Of a stretch of 64,000 bases of DNA, positions 57,377-64,000 are shown in pieces. This stretch comes from Gemmatimonadaceae bacterium. GTDB taxonomy: Bacteria; Gemmatimonadota; Gemmatimonadetes; Gemmatimonadales; Gemmatimonadaceae. Numbering within the stretch: position 1 is the first letter of the stretch; every line of letters begins with the position of its first letter. Made by a program: the position numbers and the translations under genes. Under the pieces are notes generated by a model, which was given only the letters and a program-made list of their open reading frames with translations, was not told the DNA's origin and did not search any database. The stretch is from NCBI GenBank assembly GCA_035758925.1, contig DASTVV010000144.1, positions 1,281 through 65,280 on the forward strand, given 5' to 3'.

Positions 57377-60169
57377 ATGTCCCGTCCCAAGATTGCCGTC
57401 GTCGCGGTGCACGGAATCGGTGAGCACGCCGCCGGCGCGTCGGCGAAGTGCGTCGCTGACCTGTTGCTGCGTCTGCGACAGGAGACGCCGCACGCCGGTG
57501 AGAATCGCTTCACGTCGTTCCACCGCTCCGACATCACGATTCCCGTCAAGCCGGCGTACATCTCGGAGGCCTCCGACGTCGTCGCACGCGGCCTTGCCTC
57601 GCGCCAGCCGGACGCGTCATCCGGCGCGTCGTCGGGGAACGGCGCGTCGTCTCCGCGCAAGCGCACGAGCACCGTCGAGGTCATCCAGCAGCGCGTCTCC
57701 CAATGGAACAGCGGCTTCCAGGAGTGCTCCAACGCGCTCGCGGCGATGAGTCAGACGGCACCCGCCGCGGAACGGCGCGCCGGGCCTGGTGGTGCGCAGG
57801 CACCTGCTCGGAGCACTGACGGAGCGGATCATCAGTTCATGCGGGCTCAGCTCGCAGAATACCGGAGCAACGGTGCGCCGTACGAGACCGTGCGATACGC
57901 GGGCCATCGCATTCCACCGGGCGCTGGAGACAAGCCCGACCTCGACGTGCACGTGTACGAGATGTACTGGGCGGATCTCTCGCGGCTGGGGTCGGGCTTT
58001 CTCCAGGTTGGGTACGAGCTGTTCCAGCTGCTCTTTCACGTTCCACACCTTGGACGGCAGGCGGTCGATCACGCCGTACTGGAATATCCGGGTGACCGTC
58101 TCTGGAGTGCGTTCCGCGCGATCCACACCCATGCGGTGCGCGTGTTCACGCTCTTCATCCCCATTCTCTGGATCCTGATGGCGGCGACGATCCTGAGTGT
58201 CGTCCCGGCCGCCGCTCCGCCCGGTGTGGCACGCACGATAGCTGTCGTGGTCGCGCTCCTGGCCGGAGCGACCCTTGGCGCCACCCTCGCCTATCGCGGT
58301 GGCGGCCTGCGGTATCTCAGTCCGTGGCTGCTGATTCCGATGCTTTCCCTCCTCGCCGGATTGCTCACACTGACGGTGTTGCCCGTCGTCGGCGAGGAGC
58401 GGCTGCTCACGGTCGAGTGGATTGTGCTCTCCACCGTGGGCGTCATCGGTATCGCGAAGAAGTACGACAGCGTGCGGCCAGGCGCGAGACGAATTGGGTG
58501 GGCGTTGGGGTTGCCGGCCGGCGTGGCCCTCGTGGCGGCAGTGTTCTTCGGTGGCTCGCGCATCGGCATCGTGAATCGCACGCTCGATGTCTTCGAAGTG
58601 GAGACGCTGGTCGTCCTGATCGTCTGGAACGTGTTCTACGCGCTGATGCTGGCGTCCGGAGTGCTCGGGGTGTGGACCACGCTGCGCGCATCGGGAGCCG
58701 CGAGACATCGTGCGCGTCGCGTTGCATGGACCGCGCGCGCCACGCTCGCCATGGCAACCGTGGGAGTCCTCATCGTCGGATTGCCGGTATGGGCGCTTCT
58801 GTACAAGGCCTTCAACTTCGCGCTGCCGAAGGACGCGACGCACGTGCCGCTGACGGGCATGTTCGGCTCGCTGCCCACGCCACCGGGTGTGTTCATCGAG
58901 GACATCTTTCGCGCGTCGGCGGGACCCGGTCTGCTCCTCGTGCTCGGTGTCACGGCCGTCGTGGCCCTGGTGTTGTCGTTCACCGTGATCCCGTCCGTGT
59001 GGACCGAGGTGAGAGCGCCGGCACTCGACGGCAGCTTTGCTGGCCTGGCGCCAGACCCTGATCTGGCTTCCAACTACAAGAAGGAAAACGAGACCGCCGA
59101 TCGACTGGGGCGGTGGTTGAGCAGAGGGCTGCGCATCGTGCAGGCGGGAGTCACCCTGTTGTTCATCGCCGTCGTGGTCGGCTCCGCCATCAACGTCTGG
59201 CACTGGGTGACGCTTGGCGGCACGACGTCGCGGGACGTCGAGATCCTGGGTGTGTCGGGCAGGACGGCAGGAGAGTTGGTGTTGCTGAGCGGAGCCTGGC
59301 TCGCGGCGTCGGCCGTCGGATTGGCGGCGCTACGCGGACGCCTGAAGGGGCTGATCCTCGGTTTCGGTCCGGTGCTCGACGCCATTCTCGACGTCGACAA
59401 CTATCTCCGCGAGCATCCGCGCAACAACACGCCAAGGGCGCGAATCGCCGAGCGCTTCGCGTCGCTGTTGCGGTATTTGTGCAAGTGGCGGGATTCGTCC
59501 GGCACGCTCGGGTATGACGCGATCGTTTTCGTTGCCCACAGTCAGGGCACCGTGATCAGTGCGGACTATCTGGGGTTCATCAAGCGAGAGATCGATCCAG
59601 ACCTTCCTCTGCTGCTGTCATCCGCGCAGCACCGCAGCGAAAAGGATCGCGGCACCGGTCCGCACGGCGATGGGCCGGCACTGTATCTCTTCACGATGGG
59701 AAGTCCGTTGCATCAGTTGTACAGTGCCGCGTTTCCGCACCTGTTCTCCTGGGTGCGAGGCGACACCGGCCCGTGGCGGCAACCGCTGCCGGATCCGGTG
59801 GACCGTATCTCCAGCGAGCTGTCCGCGTCCCCGAATCCGGTGAATGTCGGCCTCGAGCGATGGGTGAACGCGTATCGCAGCGGCGACTATGTTGGTCGCG
59901 CACTCTGGCGTGACATGGAGCGCGAGTTCGCGTTTCGCCCGTATCACGACAACTCCGCTCCCGCGCTGTATGTGTCTTCCGACGGTGCACCAGGCCGACA
60001 GGAATCCCGCCGCGAGTTGTGTATCGGCGCCGGCGCGCACACGCACTACTGGGACGACACCGCGAAGACGATCGCGATCGAGCTCGATCGCCTCATCGGC
60101 GACGCCGCGGACTCCGCGCAGCGCATCGCAGCGGGACGTCGGCCGGCTGCGCCGGTCGTTCCGGCATAG
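57377..60169 (+). CDS. large membrane protein: lipase-like alpha/beta-hydrolase fold split by about 10 TM helices
   Basis: GGGAGGAGAG RBS then ATG at 57377. N-terminal IAVVAVHGIGEH. About 10 hydrophobic helices between aa 255 and 700. C-terminal nucleophile elbow FVAHSQGT (Ser codon 59540-59542), FTMGSP, RSGDYVG and GAGAHTHYW. Confidence 0.7.
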   Translation: MSRPKIAVVAVHGIGEHAAGASAKCVADLLLRLRQETPHAGENRFTSFHRSDITIPVKPAYISEASDVVARGLASRQPDASSGASSGNGASSPRKRTSTVEVIQQRVSQWNSGFQECSNALAAMSQTAPAAERRAGPGGAQAPARSTDGADHQFMRAQLAEYRSNGAPYETVRYAGHRIPPGAGDKPDLDVHVYEMYWADLSRLGSGFLQVGYELFQLLFHVPHLGRQAVDHAVLEYPGDRLWSAFRAIHTHAVRVFTLFIPILWILMAATILSVVPAAAPPGVARTIAVVVALLAGATLGATLAYRGGGLRYLSPWLLIPMLSLLAGLLTLTVLPVVGEERLLTVEWIVLSTVGVIGIAKKYDSVRPGARRIGWALGLPAGVALVAAVFFGGSRIGIVNRTLDVFEVETLVVLIVWNVFYALMLASGVLGVWTTLRASGAARHRARRVAWTARATLAMATVGVLIVGLPVWALLYKAFNFALPKDATHVPLTGMFGSLPTPPGVFIEDIFRASAGPGLLLVLGVTAVVALVLSFTVIPSVWTEVRAPALDGSFAGLAPDPDLASNYKKENETADRLGRWLSRGLRIVQAGVTLLFIAVVVGSAINVWHWVTLGGTTSRDVEILGVSGRTAGELVLLSGAWLAASAVGLAALRGRLKGLILGFGPVLDAILDVDNYLREHPRNNTPRARIAERFASLLRYLCKWRDSSGTLGYDAIVFVAHSQGTVISADYLGFIKREIDPDLPLLLSSAQHRSEKDRGTGPHGDGPALYLFTMGSPLHQLYSAAFPHLFSWVRGDTGPWRQPLPDPVDRISSELSASPNPVNVGLERWVNAYRSGDYVGRALWRDMEREFAFRPYHDNSAPALYVSSDGAPGRQESRRELCIGAGAHTHYWDDTAKTIAIELDRLIGDAADSAQRIAAGRRPAAPVVPA

Positions 60170-60279
60170 GGGGAGTCCCGGGCTACGCGGGTTACGCCGT
60201 GTGACCCGGGGCGGCCGCCCCGAAGTTGAATTACCGGAACCGTTTGACCGATCGCGATCAGTCCAACCGGAGGACCTTC

Positions 60280-60669
60280 ATGCGCTATTTGCTGCGTGTG
60301 ATAACGGCCATCGCCGTCGCCGCGTGCGGTGGTTCGGGCGGCGGATCGTCGACCAACTACAACACGCCGACCAACCCGAACCCAACCCCGCAAAATCCGC
60401 CCAGCAATCCTCCGACGAATGCGAATAGCGTGCAGGTGGCGGACAACTCATACACACCGAGCAACACCTCGGTTGCGGTCGGAACCACTGTGACGTGGAC
60501 CTGGGGCGCAGGGTACTCCCAGCACAGCGTCACGTTCGACGACGGCTCCGGCTCGCAGAGCCAGACGACCGGGACGTTCGCCAAGACGTTCAACACCGCG
60601 GGGACCTACAACTATCACTGCGTGGTGCACGGCGCCGCCGCGATGTCAGGGAGCGTCACGGTCCAGTAG
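60280..60669 (+). CDS. cupredoxin (plastocyanin/azurin-like type-1 copper) lipoprotein
   Basis: GGAGGA RBS. MRYLLRVITAIAVAAC has a lipobox, followed by a Pro/Asn/Thr-rich linker. Copper ligands are H in YSQHSV and C-x2-H-x4-M in YHCVVHGAAAM. Confidence 0.8.
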   Translation: MRYLLRVITAIAVAACGGSGGGSSTNYNTPTNPNPTPQNPPSNPPTNANSVQVADNSYTPSNTSVAVGTTVTWTWGAGYSQHSVTFDDGSGSQSQTTGTFAKTFNTAGTYNYHCVVHGAAAMSGSVTVQ

Positions 60670-60745
60670 TCGATCGGGGAGGCAGATCCCGACATCGCGG
60701 CCGTCTTTCCGACGCGCCCACCCCCGCCTCCGGTGCCGCAGGCTC

Positions 60746-60775
60746 TTGACAGCTGGGCCACCAGAGTGCTAGATA
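60746..60775 (+). promoter_or_regulatory. candidate sigma70-type promoter for the blaI/blaR1-like operon
   Basis: TTGACA (60746-60751), an 18-nt spacer, then TAGATA (60770-60775). Short palindromes follow: CAGCA-CAC-TGCTG and CTGGA-TT-TCCAG (60788-60799). Confidence 0.45.
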
Positions 60776-60812
60776 AGCAGCACACTGCTGGATTTCCAGC
60801 ATCGGAGCCCGG

Positions 60813-61223
60813 ATGGCAGACATGGCGCACAATGGAGTCAGTCAGCAGCTGGCAACCCTGAGTCGCAGGGAACGTCAGTGCCTTGACGTACTGTTTCAGC
60901 GCGGCGAAGCGACCGTCACTGAAGTGATGGAGGCGCTTGCCGATCCTCCCAGTTATTCGGCGGTCCGCGCCACGCTGAACGTCCTGGTGGAGAAGGGGCA
61001 CGCGCAGCACCGGCAGGACGGTCCGCGCTACGTCTACCTCCCCACGATTCCGGCCGAGACTGCGCGTACGGCAGCCGTGCGGCATCTGGTGCAGACGTTC
61101 TTCGGCGGCTCGCACGAAGAGGCCATGGTGGCGCTGCTCGAGCTGTCCGATACGAAGGTTTCGCGCGACGCCGTGGAGCGCCTGACTCGAAAAATCAGCT
61201 CCGCCCGTAAGGAGGGGCGTTAG
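60813..61223 (+). CDS. BlaI/MecI/CopY-family transcriptional repressor
   Basis: LSRRERQCLDVLFQRGEATVTEVMEAL...SYSAVRATLNVLVEKGH winged helix, and the dimerisation tail typical of the Penicillinase_R family. 136 aa. Confidence 0.88.
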   Translation: MADMAHNGVSQQLATLSRRERQCLDVLFQRGEATVTEVMEALADPPSYSAVRATLNVLVEKGHAQHRQDGPRYVYLPTIPAETARTAAVRHLVQTFFGGSHEEAMVALLELSDTKVSRDAVERLTRKISSARKEGR

Positions 61224-61225
61224 CC

Positions 61226-63334
61226 ATGATCGACATCCTCATCCGCGCGACAATCCTTCTCGTGCTGGTCGCGGGAGCGGCGCAGCTGCTTCGCCGTCGC
61301 TCCGCCGCGCTCAGACACCTCCTGTGGTCCCTGGCGATCGCGGGACTGGTCGCGCTGCCGGCTCTCACCGCGGTGGTGCCATTTCGCCTGCACGTGCTTC
61401 CGACCAGGGAGCCCGTCTTGACGGAACCACTCGCCAACGAACGTGACACCGCTGTGGCTCACGCGCGGTCGGCCACGCACGCGCCCGCGAGCGACGCTGT
61501 GGGAGACAGGAGCGGGTCAGGGGCGGCGCCGGACGCGACTCCGCTTCAGGCGAGCGAAATCGAAAGCGAGCCGGGAACGAGTCGCCCCGCCCTGGCGACG
61601 ATCCTCGGTGGAATCTGGTTGGCCGGGGTGCTCGCGCTTCTCGCCCGCTTTATCGTCGGACTCATCGTCGTCGGCCGTATGGCGCGTCGCGCCACAGCAA
61701 TCACCGACGAGCGTTGGCACGCGCTGGCCGATCGTGCCGCGCTCGCGCTCGGCGTCGCGACGCCCGTTGACCTCCGTCTCAGCGACGAAGTGGCCATGCC
61801 GTTCGCGTGCGGCTTGCTCGCGCGCGTGATCGTGCTGCCGACGTCGTCAGCCCACTGGAGTATGGAGAGACGTGAGGCAGTCCTCATGCACGAATTCGCG
61901 CACATCAGCCGTGGAGATCTCGCAATGAACATGCTGTCGCACATCACGCGCGCACTGTACTGGCCGCACCCGCTCGCCTGGTTGGCGGCGCACAAGCTGC
62001 GCGTGGAAGGCGAGCGCGCGTGCGACGACGCGGTGCTTCGCGCGGGAACCGTCCCGTCGGACTACGCCGAACACCTCTTGAGCATCGTGCGCACCGTGGC
62101 TGGCACCCCTCCGGTGCCGACCGCCGCCGTCGCGATGGCACGGAAGTCGGAATTCGAGGGACGTCTCCTCGCGATCCTGGAACCGGAAATGCCGCGCAAC
62201 CGGCTCACACGGTGGCGTGCGGTGGCCATGGCTGGGCTGTTCCTCACCGTCGTGATGCCGCTCGCCGCCATGTCGCCGGCGCCGGCTGCGCCGGCACCGG
62301 CTCGCCAGCCCGAAGCCGAGATGCAACAGCCACAGAAGCAGGACTCGCTTAAAGTGGAAGTCGCGACGCTACAGAGCGGACAAGCAACTGGTGCGGTCGC
62401 GGCCCTCATCGAGACTCTGAGCGACGCCAACGGGGCTGTACGACTCGCGGCCGTGAAGTCGCTGGGCCAGCTGGGTGACCCTCGCGCCATCGCGGCGCTC
62501 GCGAAAGCCCTGCGCGAGGACTCCGACGCTCGTGTGCGCGAAGCCGCGGCATACGCACTCGGTGAGATCGACGACTCCCGCGCGGTAGCGCCGCTGCTCG
62601 AGGCCCTGAAGAACGAGCGCGTGGGGGCGGTGAAGGAGAAGATCGTCCGCGCGCTGGGCGAGATCGACGATCCGTCGGCGGTTCCGGGGATCATCGGCGT
62701 TCTCAAGGATGCGAGCATCCCGGTACGCCGCGCCGCCGTGTGGGCATTGGGCGAGCTCGAGGAGCAGTCCGCGGTGGCATCGTTGCTCACCATGGTCAAG
62801 GATGATGATGTCGAAGTGCGCCAGCAGACGGCGCAGTCCCTCGGTGAGCTCAAGGGCGAGACTCCCGGACTCATCGATGGGTTGGCCGCGCTGGCCCGGG
62901 ATGTCAACTCCGACGTCCGTCAGCACGCAATCGAGGCACTGGGCAATTTGGAGGATCCGCGCATTCTCGGCCCACTCGTCGCCGCATTGAAGGATTCCAA
63001 TGCCGACGTTCGCAGCGCAGCCGCGGATGCGATCGACAACATCGACAACATCAAGCAGGCGCCGGCAGCCCTCATCGAAGCGCTCAACGATCCCAATCGT
63101 GACGTGCGGAAGAACGCGGCGGAATCCCTCGGAAGCATCGGCGACGTTGCGGCCGTGCCCGCACTCAAGCGCTTGACCTCGGACTCCGATACCGAGATTC
63201 GGCGCGCCGCGGTCGAAGCACTCCGCGATATCGGGGGGCCCGAGGCCATCCAGGTGCTGATGGGCATGCTGAAAGACTCCGATCCCGAGGTCCGGCGCGT
63301 CGCCGCCGAGGCGCTCGGCAGCAAGAGGCACTAG
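61226..63334 (+). CDS. BlaR1-type M56 membrane metalloprotease fused to about 10 HEAT (PBS-lyase-type) repeats
   Basis: AAGGAGGGG RBS. TM helices plus the zinc motif LMHEFAHISRGD. The C-terminal about 330 aa is a roughly 31-aa periodic repeat (..VR..A..ALGE..D..AV..L...L.D...). Confidence 0.85.
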   Translation: MIDILIRATILLVLVAGAAQLLRRRSAALRHLLWSLAIAGLVALPALTAVVPFRLHVLPTREPVLTEPLANERDTAVAHARSATHAPASDAVGDRSGSGAAPDATPLQASEIESEPGTSRPALATILGGIWLAGVLALLARFIVGLIVVGRMARRATAITDERWHALADRAALALGVATPVDLRLSDEVAMPFACGLLARVIVLPTSSAHWSMERREAVLMHEFAHISRGDLAMNMLSHITRALYWPHPLAWLAAHKLRVEGERACDDAVLRAGTVPSDYAEHLLSIVRTVAGTPPVPTAAVAMARKSEFEGRLLAILEPEMPRNRLTRWRAVAMAGLFLTVVMPLAAMSPAPAAPAPARQPEAEMQQPQKQDSLKVEVATLQSGQATGAVAALIETLSDANGAVRLAAVKSLGQLGDPRAIAALAKALREDSDARVREAAAYALGEIDDSRAVAPLLEALKNERVGAVKEKIVRALGEIDDPSAVPGIIGVLKDASIPVRRAAVWALGELEEQSAVASLLTMVKDDDVEVRQQTAQSLGELKGETPGLIDGLAALARDVNSDVRQHAIEALGNLEDPRILGPLVAALKDSNADVRSAAADAIDNIDNIKQAPAALIEALNDPNRDVRKNAAESLGSIGDVAAVPALKRLTSDSDTEIRRAAVEALRDIGGPEAIQVLMGMLKDSDPEVRRVAAEALGSKRH

Positions 63335-63338
63335 TCCC

Positions 63339-64000
63339 ATGACGGGCAGACTCTGGCACGCAGTGTCGCTGGCGGTAGCCATGACGGTGCTGGGCGTGAC
63401 TGCTGGCATGGCGTGCGCGCGAGACGGCGGCGCTCAGCCGCTAGGGGCAGCCGTGAACGCCGCTCTCTCTCCGGATGACACGAGTTCCTTGGCGCTGCTG
63501 CTCCGGTCCGTGCGCGGCACTAACACCGTGCTGTGCGAGTTGGCCATCAGGCAGGTAGACATGCACGGGTCGTGGTCGCACTGGGGCCCGATGGGCGGTA
63601 ACCCGCTGACATCCGATACAACTGCGGCGCAGCTGCTAGACTGGATTCAGCGCGACCACAACGATCCCGCGGTCGTGCCCACGTTGCGGTCGGCGATGCG
63701 CGATCAGGACGCGTGCGTTCGTCGTGTGGCGGGGTCGTTCCTGGGGCGCATCGAGGCTGGCAGCGCGACGGCGGCGCTGCTGGAGGCGCTCGACGACGCG
63801 AGTGCGGAGACTCGCTACGTGGCCGCCATCGGGCTGGGCCTGTCAGACAAGGCGGCCGGAACGACGCCGCTCATCAGGCGGCTCCGCGACGACTCACCAA
63901 GCGTCCGGCGCGCGGCCGCGTGGGCGCTTGGCGCGCTCGAAGCCCGTGCAGCGCTCGAGCCCTTGATCCAGGCGCTCGAGCGCGATGCCGACGCACGGGT
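63339..64000 (+). CDS. HEAT-repeat protein with N-terminal signal/anchor (3' end outside window)
   Basis: I translated by hand from the ATG at 63339 (4 nt after the previous stop). The frame stays open to the window end: MTGRLWHAVSLAVAMTVLGVTAGMACA... then ..D.D..VRR.AA.ALG repeats. It is absent from the ORF track because no stop is reached. Confidence 0.7.
   Translation, partial: MTGRLWHAVSLAVAMTVLGVTAGMACARDGGAQPLGAAVNAALSPDDTSSLALLLRSVRGTNTVLCELAIRQVDMHGSWSHWGPMGGNPLTSDTTAAQLLDWIQRDHNDPAVVPTLRSAMRDQDACVRRVAGSFLGRIEAGSATAALLEALDDASAETRYVAAIGLGLSDKAAGTTPLIRRLRDDSPSVRRAAAWALGALEARAALEPLIQALERDADAR

Noticed and set aside
57617-59203. 528-aa minus-strand ORF
   Set aside because: It is antisense to the TM region of the 930-aa membrane protein. 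It is charged and low-complexity, whereas the plus frame has coherent TM helices, an RBS and catalytic motifs.
63724-63966. 80-aa track ORF near the window end
   Set aside because: It is out of frame with the open HEAT-repeat reading frame that starts at 63339 and runs to nt 64000. Its product is Arg/Ser/Trp-rich noise.

Overview
Very GC-rich (about two-thirds G+C by eye, not computed), gene-dense chromosomal window from a diderm bacterium. I support about 52 CDS. I found no rRNA, tRNA, CRISPR array, transposase or integrase. The ORF track accepts GTG/TTG starts and is full of long antisense or out-of-frame shadow ORFs typical of high GC. Many track starts had to be moved downstream to signal peptides, lipoboxes, RBSs or ATGA/GTGA stop-start overlaps.

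nt 1-49,100 is essentially one carbohydrate regulon for (glucurono)xylan.
- Outer-membrane uptake: two SusC/SusD-like pairs.
- Glycoside hydrolases: two lipoprotein GH10 xylanases, GH67 and GH115 alpha-glucuronidases, GH43, and two GH3 enzymes (one cytoplasmic, one secreted with a PA14-like insert).
- Inner-membrane uptake: a GPH-type symporter, an ExuT-like MFS and a sugar ABC transporter.
- Catabolism: xylA-xylB, an SDR-uxuA-eda-kdgK hexuronate branch, a GudD-like dehydratase, and mutarotase/AKR/Gfo-Idh genes.
- Regulators: one GntR-type and one AraC-type.
- Embedded units: glnK-amtB, and a Leloir-like galT / IMPase-like / arabinokinase-like GHMP kinase operon.

nt 49.2-64 kb is accessory-looking.
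- S1 protease lipoprotein, secreted arginase-fold protein, and a membrane Ser/Thr kinase.
- Two GNATs.
- A cluster of uncharacterised genes at 54.5-60.2 kb containing two paralogous lipase-like alpha/beta-hydrolases. One of these has its catalytic fold split by about 10 transmembrane helices.
- A cupredoxin lipoprotein.
- A BlaI/BlaR1(M56)-HEAT-repeat sensor module.

The signals I consider most worth follow-up are:
- the 54.5-60.2 kb hydrolase cluster (best candidate for an undescribed system);
- a recurring class of intergenic elements made of head-to-head arrays of short tandem repeats (G-quadruplex-prone hairpins);
- the non-canonical galT / IMPase / ARA1-like kinase operon.

All family assignments come from motif recognition by eye and memory. 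No database search was possible.
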